A program made the position numbers and the translations under genes. A stretch of DNA of 45,580 nucleotides from an uncultured bacterium (GTDB lineage Bacteria; CSSED10-310; CAZUFC01), in assembly GCA_964619725.1 (NCBI GenBank), contig CAZUFC010000067.1, positions 1 to 45,580 of the forward strand. Reading direction: 5' to 3'. Of this stretch, positions 9,661 to 19,717 are shown piece after piece. The notes under the pieces were generated by a model that saw nothing but the letters and a program-made list of their open reading frames with translations, did no database searches and was not told where the DNA came from. The first letter of the stretch is position 1; every line of letters begins with the position of its first letter.

Positions 9661-10890
9661 ATGTCGAACATTTCTCCATTATCAGTCAATGATCTTTCCT
9701 CTGCTGTATCAGGTAGACCGTGTGCATTTCGTTGCAATATAGAGCTGCAACCGGCCGCGGGTATAGGCGCGAAAGTGTTTCCTCCCACTTATGAAGGCGG
9801 TAAATATGCAATTGAAGAAAGAAGATTACCGGAAAAAGATATGACCGTTCCATGCGTATTGCTGGACTCTGTTCAGTCTCAGGCAAACCGGATGGAAGCT
9901 GCGCTTCAGCAGGCAATAGATGAGAAGAGGATATCGTTGCCCATAATTAAAGTTAACTTTGAAAACGTCAACAGGGAAAATAAATTAATAAAACCGATAG
10001 ACGGAGAGATAACCAGTTTGACGGTCCCGCATCGTCTGGCCGATGCTATACTTCGTGACAGCGTAGTTATAGGAGAAGGCGACGGCAATACATTGTTCCG
10101 GGATTCCTCTTATGCGGAAAGATGGCGACGATCGAGTCCGGCAAATGCGACTGCGATATATGAATTATGTCCGACTGGCCTTGTTTACGGGATATGGGGA
10201 GCGCCGGAGAAGCCCGGAGGACTGGGGGCTAAATTCCAGAGAAGCATAACCTCGGAAATCGTCGCGATCAAAGCCGTTGAGAACATGAATCGCAAAGGAT
10301 TACGAACTGATCCTATTGGGGTGAACAGCAGCGTTAAAGTAAATGTGGGAGAAAAGGAGACATGGAACATCACCGATAAAGATGATAAAAAGGGAAAAAG
10401 GCCATCGGAGATAAATCACGGACCAATAATTTTTGGTCCGATCCACGGAGGAGTGACCTTCGATTACTCGGTCCAGTCTGTAGTTCTCAGTCTGGCGGGA
10501 CTTCGCTGGCTCAGGTTTCCTTTCGCCGATGAAGCATGGAAACCGACAGAAGAACAGAAAAAACGTGATAATGCTGCACGGACAGTGATTGCAGCCATTG
10601 CACTTTGCGGCGCTGTTCTGGCGCAGGAAAACGGATATGATTTACGCTCAGGTTGTTTATTACACCCGACAAAATCCATTCACTGGGAATTACTGGACGA
10701 ACCGGGAAAAGATGCCGGGAAATATTCGATCAACGGAGATCAGGCGATCGAAATACTGAACTCTGCAATAGATCGGGCCGAAAAGCATGGTTTGGAGTGG
10801 GAAAAAGAATACATCGTTCTAGAGCCGTCCGATAAACTGATCGAACTAATTCGCAAAAGTCAGGAACAAACGGCAGAAGAAGGAGAGTAA
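9661..10890 (+). CDS. csb1: Type I-G Cas7 (Csb1, GSU0053 family)
   Basis: KVFPPTY, VLLDSVQSQANRMEAAL, VPHRLADA, PSEINHG, LSLAGLRWLRF, GYDLRSGCLL; RBS AAGGAG. Confidence 0.93.
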   Translation: MSNISPLSVNDLSSAVSGRPCAFRCNIELQPAAGIGAKVFPPTYEGGKYAIEERRLPEKDMTVPCVLLDSVQSQANRMEAALQQAIDEKRISLPIIKVNFENVNRENKLIKPIDGEITSLTVPHRLADAILRDSVVIGEGDGNTLFRDSSYAERWRRSSPANATAIYELCPTGLVYGIWGAPEKPGGLGAKFQRSITSEIVAIKAVENMNRKGLRTDPIGVNSSVKVNVGEKETWNITDKDDKKGKRPSEINHGPIIFGPIHGGVTFDYSVQSVVLSLAGLRWLRFPFADEAWKPTEEQKKRDNAARTVIAAIALCGAVLAQENGYDLRSGCLLHPTKSIHWELLDEPGKDAGKYSINGDQAIEILNSAIDRAEKHGLEWEKEYIVLEPSDKLIELIRKSQEQTAEEGE

Positions 10891-10898
10891 TTCTCATC

Positions 10899-12326
10899 AT
10901 GACAGGTTTACTTATCGGCATACGTTATCTGACAGGATACGTAACGGCCAGCGATCCTTCATCACGTTCCCATGTAGAATGGCCTCCGCATCCTGCGCGC
11001 ATTTTTATGGCAATGGTTGCAGCCTCTTTTGAAAACGATGAGTCCCGGGATTCTCTTGAATGGCTTCAACAGCAGAAGCCGCCTTTAATATATGCGTCTG
11101 GATGCAATTCCAGGAATTTTGTCACCACCTATGTACCGGTAAACGACAAAAGCGGAGGCAGAGGTGTCATTCAGTCTGCTCAGGGTCTATCGAGAACCAA
11201 GCAACCTCGCAGCTTCGCCAAAGCCTGGCTCATCAACGACATGGTTTTTCTCCATTGGCCGGAGTTGCAGACGGCAGAACATAGGGAGGAGTTGAAAAGG
11301 ATTTGCTCAAAAGTTACTCGAATAGGTCATAGTACATCTTTAGTTAATTTATGGTTAGCGGACGACGTCCCCGGTGAACTTCGAAACGACTGCTGGATTC
11401 CTTGCGACGCGGAGGCTGATACTTATCTCAGGATAACCTCAAAAGGATTGCTGGCCAGGTTGAAGGAGGATTATGAGAGGAATCTCAGACCATCGATAGG
11501 GACATGGAAAGGATATAAAAAGGTGGATAAAGACGGAAAAAAAGCAGCAACGGGAACGGTATGGAGCCCCCAATTGATAATTCGAAGGCTGGAACCAATG
11601 GAAAAACGTCACACTTCACTTTCACTCTCGGCAACCCTAAAAATAACGAACACTTTACATAAAGCTATTGTAGACCGTGCGGACGGACAACTGCCGGAAT
11701 ACGTCAGCGGACATACTGCGAATAAAAAACCGAGTCAGTCGCCGCATCTGGCGTTTTTTCCACTGGCTTTCGTCGGTTCAGAATATGCCACGGGCGATAT
11801 TATGGGAATAGCGTTCGCTGTTCCCGCTGCGCTTGACAGATCGCAGAGGTTGAAGTCGCTTGCTGCGGTAGGAAGGATAGAGGAGCTTACATTCGGAAAA
11901 TTGGGGAAATGGAAATTGGCTGAAAATGATGTAAGTAAATATAATTTGAGAGCTGCAACCTGGACTTCAGGTCGAAATGGTTCTCTTCAATGGGCAACTG
12001 TCACTCCAGTAGCGTTCGACAGTCATCCTAAAGCGAAAAACCGGACAGAGAGAGAAGAAGAACTAAAAGTAATGATTAAGAAATGTTGCGTAAGGATCGG
12101 GCTTCCCGAACCGGTACAGACCATTATAACCGCGGTTTCGGCGCATCTGGGCGCGCCGCCTTCGCATGCATTCCCCCGCATGACGAGAAAAGACGGCAGC
12201 GAACGACGCCATGCACATGCGATAATGATCTTCGATAAACCGGTATCCGGACCCGTCGCTATAGGGGCAGGGCGTTATCGCGGTTATGGTGTATGTCGGC
12301 CTTTGAAATCGTCGGAGGTGATATAA
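10899..12326 (+). CDS. csb2: Type I-G Cas5-Cas6 fusion (Csb2, GSU0054 family)
   Basis: EWPPHPARIFMAMVAA, YVPVND, IGHSTSLV, WATVTP, C-terminal G-rich loop GPVAIGAGRYRGYGVCRP. Confidence 0.93.
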   Translation: MTGLLIGIRYLTGYVTASDPSSRSHVEWPPHPARIFMAMVAASFENDESRDSLEWLQQQKPPLIYASGCNSRNFVTTYVPVNDKSGGRGVIQSAQGLSRTKQPRSFAKAWLINDMVFLHWPELQTAEHREELKRICSKVTRIGHSTSLVNLWLADDVPGELRNDCWIPCDAEADTYLRITSKGLLARLKEDYERNLRPSIGTWKGYKKVDKDGKKAATGTVWSPQLIIRRLEPMEKRHTSLSLSATLKITNTLHKAIVDRADGQLPEYVSGHTANKKPSQSPHLAFFPLAFVGSEYATGDIMGIAFAVPAALDRSQRLKSLAAVGRIEELTFGKLGKWKLAENDVSKYNLRAATWTSGRNGSLQWATVTPVAFDSHPKAKNRTEREEELKVMIKKCCVRIGLPEPVQTIITAVSAHLGAPPSHAFPRMTRKDGSERRHAHAIMIFDKPVSGPVAIGAGRYRGYGVCRPLKSSEVI

Positions 12327-15300
12327 ATGTCGTTAAGCAAGGGTGATTTTAAGGATTTCATTCATGCAATCTACGGATACGAGCCATTTCCCTGGCAAAC
12401 GGCGCTTTTAGATAGAATTATTGAAAGAGGATGGCCTGAAGGTATTGATCTTCCCACGGCAAGCGGCAAGACAGCGTGTTTGGATATCGCTGTTTTTCTG
12501 CTAGCCTTAGGAGTAAAAGACGGCAAAATAGCGCCGGACAATCCTGCCAGAAGACGTATATTTTTCGTTGTGGATCGTCGATTGATAGTAGACCAGGCAT
12601 ACCAGAGGGGAATAAAAATTGAAAAAGCTCTAAAAAGTGCTGAGAAGGGTGTCGTAAGAGAAGTTGCCGACAAATTAAAAGAAATAACAGGCGGAATTAA
12701 TCCTATAGTCGTATCGAAACTCAGAGGCGGAACCATTAAGGATAATGCCTGGCGAACCAATCCCGTACAACCCGCCATTATAACAAGTACCGTAGACCAG
12801 ATAGGATCAAGAATGCTTTTCCGCAGTTATGGAGCAGGTCCGCTGTCATCGCCGATTGAAGCGTCTCTATGCGCATGCGATTCCATCATACTTTTGGATG
12901 AAGCACACTGTGCAGTTCCTTTTATGCAAACATCAAGACTAATCAGGATATATTCTGAAAAGGAATGGATGGAGCAAGCCGAACCTATGGCGCCGCCGGC
13001 GTCATTAAGTATTCTGTCAGCGACCCTACCGGAAGAGGTCGAAGACATTTTTCCTGATATGGGATTACGCAGAAGTGTGCTCGATCACACGGTATTGAAT
13101 CAAAGAATAAAAAAATCCAAACCTGCAGAGCTGATGATAGCTAAAAAACCCGGAAAAAGAGATTGGTCATTAGGCAGCAAAACGACAAAAGATGAACTGG
13201 CGCTTGATTGTGCACAGAAGGCTGCAAATCTGAGTAAAAGCGGCGAATTTCATCGTATTGCCGTTATCGTAAACCGTGTGGCCGGGGCTGCTGAAATACA
13301 TGGTCAACTTAAATCTGCCGTGAAAAACCGTAAACTCGACGCCGATATTGCCTTAATGACAGGAAGGATGCGTCCTGCGGATCGTGATGCACTCATAGAA
13401 AAATGGGACGAGCTCTTACGCGCGGGGTCTGAACAACAAGCGAAGAAGCCGGTAATTCTCGTTTCGACGCAATGCCTGGAAGTCGGCGCTGACTATAGCT
13501 TTGATGCACTTATAACCGAATGCGCATCTCTGGACGCACTTCGACAACGTTTCGGGAGGCTTAACCGACTGGGAAACTTTGAACAAACGAGAGCATACGT
13601 TATCATAAGGAAAAAGGATGTTAAGCCTGAAAACAAATTAAATGAGGATAAGCCTCTGGACCCTATTTATGGAAATTCGGCCGCCAGAACATGGAACTGG
13701 CTGCAGTCACATGCTGAAGACAGTCATTTCGATTTCGGTATAGAAGCTGTTGAAAGTAAAATGGAGATTGATCCCGGTCAAAACTTGAAACTTGTTGCTC
13801 CTTCACCAGAAGCGCCCGTTCTTCTGCCTGCACATCTTGATATGCTATGTCAAACTTGGCCGCGCCCTGAGCCTGATCCCGATATATCTCTTTTCCTCCA
13901 CGGACCGCAGCGAGGTGCTCCGGAAGCCGGTATCGTTTTTCGCGGCGATCTTTGTTCTCCGGGATCGAAACAATGGAAAGCAAAATGGCTGGATACCGTG
14001 TCTTTGTTGCCTCCAGTAACGGCGGAATCTCTGTCTGTTCCGCTTTATGTATTAAAAAAATGGTTGTCCGGACAAATAGAATCGGAAACTTTTAATGAAT
14101 TGTCAGATGTTGAGAGCCAAAGTATTGAAGCAGACGACGAAGACGTTGCTCAGGATATTCCCTTTGTTATTTGGCGTGGGGCAAACAAAAGCGAAGTATC
14201 TCGGAATGTAAATATTATTCGTCCCAATGAAATTATAGTCGTCCGCGCGGACGAAAAAACCGCCGAACTTTTGGGACCCGCTTTCAATAGAATCGACGAT
14301 AAGTCGCTTGATATTGCCGAAAGAGCATATTTAAAAGCTTACGATTTTAAGGTAATGAGACTGGTTGACGACGTTTTAGGAAAATGGGACTCATTTCCGC
14401 CAGTTAAAGACCTTTTGGATTGGGCGAAAGATGAAGAAAGAGAAGAAAAAGATAAACTTGAACTTCTTCACAAGATAGCTGAAGCGAATACTGATAATGA
14501 GGAGTATGATGAACACATTGAATTGCCGAATTGGCTGCGTGAAACAGCTCATTATTTTTATGAAAATCTTCCAAGGATATCGCCGCATCCGGAAAATGGA
14601 CTCATACTCCTTCAGAAGAAAAAAATCGCTATAGACCTGGAAATAGACCCCGATCTGGTTGATGCCTTTGATTCCTCTCTGACTTATGAAGGAGCTGTTT
14701 TTCTTTCTTCACATCTGCAGAGGGTGGGTAAAACGGTTGAGGATTGGGCGGTCCGTTGTCTGCCGGAAAAGACTGCAGAAGCGTTAACCACAGCTGCAAA
14801 ATATCACGATCTCGGGAAAGCGGACGAACGATTCCAGATATTCTTGAACGGTGATGAAATGGATGCTGCCAAAGCCATCGATAATAATCAGTTTATAGCA
14901 AAAAGCGCTGGAACCAGACGTTCTTTAAGCCTACAACGATGGATTCGCAATATGTCAGGTTTACCCAATCATTTCAGACATGAACTTCTTTCGATGCAAT
15001 TAATCGAGAATGCGAATTCCATTGCGTATCGTGATAATGAATTCTTAGATCTTATACTGCATCTGACCTCAAGTCATCATGGTTATGGCAGACCTTTCGC
15101 GCCCTTGGTTGAAGACAAAGAATTTCCTGATGTGAATATTTTAGTGGAAGGAAAATCGTTCAGTCTAAATCACAGTGAACGAAAAGAAAAGATACCGCCA
15201 TGTCGGGTAGATTCAGGCATTGCCGAAAGATTCTGGCGGCTTAATAGGCGTTATGGCTGGTGGGGATTGGCATATCTTGAGGCAATTATACGTCTCGCCG

Positions 15301-15368
15301 ATCAATTATCTAGCAGAATAGAATATGAACTCTTAACCGTACCGAAAAGGGGAGCAGAAGATGACTGA
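12327..15368 (+). CDS. cas3: Type I-G Cas3 helicase-nuclease (helicase N-terminal, HD domain C-terminal)
   Basis: PFPWQ, LPTASGKT, VDRR, DEAH, SAT, STQCLEVGAD, QRFGRLNR; C-terminal HL...HDLGKAD...FRHE...HHG...LAD. Confidence 0.96.
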   Translation: MSLSKGDFKDFIHAIYGYEPFPWQTALLDRIIERGWPEGIDLPTASGKTACLDIAVFLLALGVKDGKIAPDNPARRRIFFVVDRRLIVDQAYQRGIKIEKALKSAEKGVVREVADKLKEITGGINPIVVSKLRGGTIKDNAWRTNPVQPAIITSTVDQIGSRMLFRSYGAGPLSSPIEASLCACDSIILLDEAHCAVPFMQTSRLIRIYSEKEWMEQAEPMAPPASLSILSATLPEEVEDIFPDMGLRRSVLDHTVLNQRIKKSKPAELMIAKKPGKRDWSLGSKTTKDELALDCAQKAANLSKSGEFHRIAVIVNRVAGAAEIHGQLKSAVKNRKLDADIALMTGRMRPADRDALIEKWDELLRAGSEQQAKKPVILVSTQCLEVGADYSFDALITECASLDALRQRFGRLNRLGNFEQTRAYVIIRKKDVKPENKLNEDKPLDPIYGNSAARTWNWLQSHAEDSHFDFGIEAVESKMEIDPGQNLKLVAPSPEAPVLLPAHLDMLCQTWPRPEPDPDISLFLHGPQRGAPEAGIVFRGDLCSPGSKQWKAKWLDTVSLLPPVTAESLSVPLYVLKKWLSGQIESETFNELSDVESQSIEADDEDVAQDIPFVIWRGANKSEVSRNVNIIRPNEIIVVRADEKTAELLGPAFNRIDDKSLDIAERAYLKAYDFKVMRLVDDVLGKWDSFPPVKDLLDWAKDEEREEKDKLELLHKIAEANTDNEEYDEHIELPNWLRETAHYFYENLPRISPHPENGLILLQKKKIAIDLEIDPDLVDAFDSSLTYEGAVFLSSHLQRVGKTVEDWAVRCLPEKTAEALTTAAKYHDLGKADERFQIFLNGDEMDAAKAIDNNQFIAKSAGTRRSLSLQRWIRNMSGLPNHFRHELLSMQLIENANSIAYRDNEFLDLILHLTSSHHGYGRPFAPLVEDKEFPDVNILVEGKSFSLNHSERKEKIPPCRVDSGIAERFWRLNRRYGWWGLAYLEAIIRLADQLSSRIEYELLTVPKRGAEDD

Positions 15369-16353
15369 CATAACAAAAAAATCAAGCCATGAAAAGGTTA
15401 TACAGTTAAAAGGTCTTGACGGATCAAATCCTCTTGCATTTCTTGCTGCGCTGGGGACACTGCGTATATTGAATCAGGCCGCCGAAACCGAGAATATTAA
15501 AATGGGATGGACACAGGCTGGAGGAAACTGGAATCCCTTATTGCATTCCGATTCATATATGGATAAAGACGAGCTGGTTCAAATTTTGTTCAATAATGCA
15601 CCTAATCCTATAAATCTGCTAAGTCATGAATTGTTGCAGAAAACTGCCGTAACAGCAAAAAGTTGGACAAATACCTTGAAGTTTCCTTATGAAGCTTATC
15701 GACAATACTGTAGAAATGCAATTAAAGAATCGAACTTTTCAAAAAGAGAAAAAACAGATGCCGCCGCAGCACTGGGTTCTGATTCTACTTATATTACCGA
15801 TAAAAAAGTAAAAAGAGTGAAAAAAACTTCCCTTGATTTTACTGCCGGCAACCAATCAATCCTTAAAATGATGGAGGAAGTAGTTGAACAAACGAAACCT
15901 GCAGAAATAAAACAAACGCTTTTCAACGGCTTCAAATATTCAAAAGAAATTACATCGCTCAGGTGGGATCCGCTTGACGAAAAAAGACAGTATGCACTGC
16001 AGGCGGTCGATCCGACTAACAGCAGCGGCAATCCGATACAGGCGGATGCTGGAGCTAACCGGCTGGCAATTGCAGGAATCCTAGAACTGCCGCTGGTTCC
16101 TGTAGGAAAAAGAACCAACACTATAGGCATCGGATTTTCTAAAAGGGGGAAATACTGGGTTTGGCCAATTTGGGATAAGGCTATTTCAATGGACGCAGTA
16201 AGAAGCATTTTAAAATCATTTTTATCATCGATTGATTCACAAAGCGGTAAAAAATCTCTTCGTCATCGAGGAATTGTGCAGGTCTATCGAAGCTGGATAG
16301 TTATGCCATCAGGTAGATACAGATGTTTTACACCCTCTGATGTTCTTTTGTGA
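15361..16353 (+). CDS. cas8g: Type I-G short large subunit Cas8g (Cas8u2-like)
   Basis: LKGLDGSNPLAFLAALG N-terminus, FTAGNQ, LRWDP, GANRLA, WPIW; overlaps the cas3 stop; 330 aa. Confidence 0.8.
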   Translation: MTDITKKSSHEKVIQLKGLDGSNPLAFLAALGTLRILNQAAETENIKMGWTQAGGNWNPLLHSDSYMDKDELVQILFNNAPNPINLLSHELLQKTAVTAKSWTNTLKFPYEAYRQYCRNAIKESNFSKREKTDAAAALGSDSTYITDKKVKRVKKTSLDFTAGNQSILKMMEEVVEQTKPAEIKQTLFNGFKYSKEITSLRWDPLDEKRQYALQAVDPTNSSGNPIQADAGANRLAIAGILELPLVPVGKRTNTIGIGFSKRGKYWVWPIWDKAISMDAVRSILKSFLSSIDSQSGKKSLRHRGIVQVYRSWIVMPSGRYRCFTPSDVLL

Positions 16354-16435
16354 GGATGAAATAAATACAATCCCATAAATAGAAAAATTTAATACAATTG
16401 TTTTATCGTTTCCATTTCGGCTCATATTTATTACC

Positions 16436-17482
16436 TTATGGTTGTTCGGATATAAGATTAACCCGTTTCTGATCATCAAGAACGGCCAGGACGGTAAGAA
16501 CGGCGGTTTCGCCTTCTTTGAGATCGGGTGGAGCGCCTGATGCAACGACGCCCTTGTAGGCGTGCCCCTCGATATTGAACAGGGGTTTCCCTTTTCCGGT
16601 TTTTTCACCCGAATAACTGACGGTGACTTTGTCTTTTGGTTTGAGTTTTTTTATCGGTTTCATATCTTTCATTTCTTTTTCAGACAGGAATCTACCGAAG
16701 CCTGTGGCTGTTTTGCCGCCGGCTCCCAGGAATTTGAGGGCGAATTCCAGAAATTCCCAGGCCAGTTCTATTTTTTCTGTTTTACCGGATTTAACGGGAA
16801 GGATGCGAAAGATAAAATTCGTACCGGCTTTGACGGTTAAAAATGTCACCGGATTGGGGGTATGCGAATCCATGGGAGTTACTTTGGGCGGGGTTAACCT
16901 TTCCAGGTCGACATGCCGGTTGATGATGTCGATGTCGAATTCAGGAAACTTTTCAGGAAAAGCGTCCAGGAAAATGAAGGCGCCGGGTTCGCTGTCGCGC
17001 TCACCTGAATGTTTCGAACCGAAAATATATATGACATCAGCGTGGTCTTCCTCATATCCCATGGTCAGAGCGCCGGAACGGGCTATTCCTTTCACGGAGC
17101 TTCCGGGAATGACGGGAATGCCGAGAATATAGCTGAACCCGAATCCTATATCAGCGGGATTGGGATTACCGAGGCCCGGAGCCAGTCGTTCTATGGTCGT
17201 ATAGGTTCTTTTTTGACCTTTGTTTATTTTGATAATTCCGTTGAGTCTTGAATGCCTGCTTTCCAGAAGTTCGTTTATGTTCTTTTTTCTATCGGGATTC
17301 TTGAATAATTCCTTAAAATTTTCCAGCCAGTCTGTATTTTTCTCTTTAACGATTTCGGCGTGAACCGGGTCCACAGTCAATAACTTGTTGAATTTCTCAA
17401 AAACGAGTCCTGGATTGACGCTGTTCGACGCATTTATAATATTCCAGGCATTCGGACAGCGATATGGATAATTATATCTCAT
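16436..17482 (-). CDS. cmr6: Type III-B RAMP protein Cmr6 with a ~70-aa C-terminal beta-rich (OB/S1-like) extension
   Basis: GLGNPNPADIG, GIPVIPGSSVKGIAR, FLDAFP, DIINRH, PNPVTFLTV, GAGGKTATGFGRF. Confidence 0.9.
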   Translation of the reverse strand: MRYNYPYRCPNAWNIINASNSVNPGLVFEKFNKLLTVDPVHAEIVKEKNTDWLENFKELFKNPDRKKNINELLESRHSRLNGIIKINKGQKRTYTTIERLAPGLGNPNPADIGFGFSYILGIPVIPGSSVKGIARSGALTMGYEEDHADVIYIFGSKHSGERDSEPGAFIFLDAFPEKFPEFDIDIINRHVDLERLTPPKVTPMDSHTPNPVTFLTVKAGTNFIFRILPVKSGKTEKIELAWEFLEFALKFLGAGGKTATGFGRFLSEKEMKDMKPIKKLKPKDKVTVSYSGEKTGKGKPLFNIEGHAYKGVVASGAPPDLKEGETAVLTVLAVLDDQKRVNLISEQP

Positions 17483-17625
17483 TTTTTCCCCTTTTTTCTT
17501 TCACTGTAGGCATCGGCCAGTATTTTGGCAGCCTGCAGCAGCATCGGACACGAGCTTTTCCCTTAATTCCCGGATTGAATTTTTGTGCAGCTCCGGCAGT
17601 CCGGCTTTCAGCGCCGACAATATTT
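17479..17625 (-). pseudogene. Decayed 3' remnant of the gene formerly upstream of cmr6 (possibly cmr5)
   Basis: Frame ...MLLQAAKILADAYSERKKGKK* stops with an ATGA overlap on the cmr6 start; an upstream helical-looking segment KILSALKAGLPELHKNSIRELREK is in another frame. Confidence 0.35.
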
Positions 17626-17691
17626 TTTTTCAAAGGTCTGATCAGTATAGGAGCATAAACTATACCAATTGAACTGATAAAGACTTGAAGC

Positions 17692-18079
17692 CTACCAGAG
17701 CAGCTTTAAATCGTAATTACTGAACAGGCGGTCTGAACTTATAAGATAAGCATCTTCTGTCATGGCCTGAACGATTAAGATACGGTCGAAAGGATCTTTA
17801 TGCCGGGGCGGCAATTCCTGCAGGCTGTAAACATGATCCAATTTTTAACGGCAATATCCTGATTCGGTTCGACTCACATTGTTCTTCTATAAGTCTTTTC
17901 AAAGGTATTTCCAATTCAAGCTTTCCGAGCTGCGCCTTGATTTGCATTTCCCAGATGCTGAATATACTCAGATATACGCTGTTGTTTGGATCCTGATAAA
18001 CTTTTAGAACCTTGTCAGTTATCCTGTCTGGAGCGCTCCGCAGCCACAGAAAAACATGCGTATCAATCAACAGTTTCAT
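17692..18079 (-). pseudogene. vapC: PIN-domain VapC toxin, frameshifted
   Basis: MKLLIDTHVFLW...SIWEMQIKAQLGKL; removing one base from the T5 run at 17842-17846 restores LDHVYSLQELPPRHKDPFDRILIVQA...LISSD...LLW*. Confidence 0.88.
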
Positions 18080-18299
18080 CAGTTTCTTCAGTCCAAAAGG
18101 CATCCGGCAATGGTTCATCGAAATCTTCGCTGATCTTTATTTTACCGATGTATTCACCGTATGTTCGCTTGCGTGATGGTTCAATCGGTTTTAGTTCATC
18201 TAAGTCAAGGTCCGCTAGAATCATTTTTACTATACGCATCCGTTCATTTGAATTTAAAGTTTTTATTTTATCGAAGATTTCTTTTATTTCATTCTTCAC
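18063..18299 (-). CDS. Antitoxin (VapB/DUF2281-like)
   Basis: C-terminal RTYG...GKIKISEDFDEPLP motif; overlaps the vapC start. Confidence 0.75.
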   Translation of the reverse strand: MKNEIKEIFDKIKTLNSNERMRIVKMILADLDLDELKPIEPSRKRTYGEYIGKIKISEDFDEPLPDAFWTEETDETVD

Positions 18300-18541
18300 T
18301 TAATTCGTCCTTTGGTTCTCGGAGCAGATTATGAACAATCTTTCTCAAGGTGCGAGATTTAAATCTGGACGATCAGTTAAAAAAGATACTCAAGCGAATG
18401 ATCATAACTGAACCGCTCCTGTTTGTTCAAAATAAAACTCCTCGAGACCCTTCAGGCCCCTTATAAAATTTTATATAATTTGCCGAAAGTTTTCAAATTG
18501 CAGTCGAAGCTTTCTGTTGAACCCTTTATGGATTTTAAATA

Positions 18542-18741
18542 GTTTTTGTCCATCAACGGCGAATTTTCCCTAATACTGCGTCAGGCTGCGGATTTGCTCA
18601 GTCAACGTATAAGCAATACCCCTGCCTTGCAAATCCTTGCCTTCCTTGTCTTAAGAAAAATTCGCCCGTTTATGGATCGAAAACCCAATCGGCTGTCCAG
18701 CATTAAATTTTGAATCGAGATTCGAGTTTATGGTCAGACAC
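18542..18741 (-). mobile_element. MITE family A, complete, inverted
   Basis: Reverse complement of 595-794; flanks TAAATA / TAACTA (6-bp duplication with one mismatch). Confidence 0.85.
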
Positions 18742-18778
18742 TAACTATTTATAAAGGGTAAAAAGTATGGTGAGAGTG

Positions 18779-19195
18779 GGGACCGATCATGCCGGGGCTG
18801 CATTTTTTCAAAACTTTTGGGACTGATCAAACGGGGGGGTACATTTTTTCACAAAACGCTTGAACGATTGAAATCCCCCGTTTTTTTCATCGGGGACCGT
18901 TTTTTTCGGGGTCGGTATTGGTATCCAAATAGAAATCGAAACAAAATGATGGGATAAACGGAAGAATTGTAACCTCAAAAAACTCACTTTAGATCAGTCC
19001 CCAATTTGTCTCAATTCAGAAATCTTTTAAGCTCCGAAGGGGCGATGTACGAAAGCCCAGGGTTAAGCGAAGCGGAGCGGAGCGCAACCCTGGGTCAGAC
19101 AAGAAAAAATGAAAGCTCTGAAGGAGCGCAGTAAATTCCTACGAATCAACTCAGCGCAAATTGTAACCTCAAAAGTCGCGTTCATGATCATTGCC
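18779..19195 (+). mobile_element. Family B element with a second family B copy (18819-19001) nested inside
   Basis: Outer GGGACCGATCATG ... ATTGTAACCTCAAAA ... CATGATCATTGCC; inner GGGACTGATCAAA ... ATTGTAACCTCAAAA ... AGATCAGTCCC. Confidence 0.65.
19030..19128. repeat. REP-like palindrome set
   Basis: GCTCCGAAGGGGCG and GCTCTGAAGGAGCG mini-hairpins flank the stem CCCAGGGTT ... AACCCTGGG. Confidence 0.6.
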
Positions 19196-19343
19196 GATTA
19201 ATCAACGGACCCGCAGGCGGGGGGACTTTGTTTTACAAGAATTTTTTCGTACATCTATAGTTTTTTTCGTCAAAAATTTCACAATTTTTTATTAGCGAAT
19301 GTCAGGAGATGTGAAATTGGTAATTTTTATCAGTCAATGGAGT

Positions 19344-19687
19344 GAGATGTGAAGGAAGTGAACAAAACTACTTTCCAGCCACCCATAAAACAACCCAGCA
19401 AAATTCCCCAACCAGCTAGTGTCTGTCCACAAACTTGAATCTCGATTCAAAATTTAATGCTGGACAGCCACTTGGGTTTTTGATCCATAAACGGGCGAAT
19501 TTATCTTAAGGCAAGGGATGCAAGGATTTGCGAGGTATGGGTATTGCTTATACGTTGACTGAGCCAATCCGCAGCCTGACGAACTATTAGGGAAAATTCG
19601 CCCGTTTATGGACAAAAACCAGCTAAAAAATAACCCAATCTTACTCCCCCTCTCCATTCATGGAGAGGGGGCCGGGGGGTGAGGTCG
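19344..19687. repeat. Short copy of the C-rich 33-bp module plus REP-like hairpin, interrupted by MITE-A
   Basis: Shares GATGTGAAGGA.GTGAA.AAAAC and ACTCCCCCTCTCCATTCATGGAGAGGGGGCCGGGGGGTGAGGTCG with 31897-32360. Confidence 0.75.
19419..19619 (+). mobile_element. MITE family A, complete
   Basis: Same TIRs; perfect duplication CAGCTA (19413-19418, 19620-19625). Confidence 0.87.
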
Positions 19688-19717
19688 TCTATCCAACTTT
19701 TATTCATGGAAAAAATG

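Noticed and set aside
16436..17482. Functional type III-B system in this window
   Set aside because: No cas10, cmr1, cmr3 or cmr4 is present; only cmr6 and a decayed fragment.
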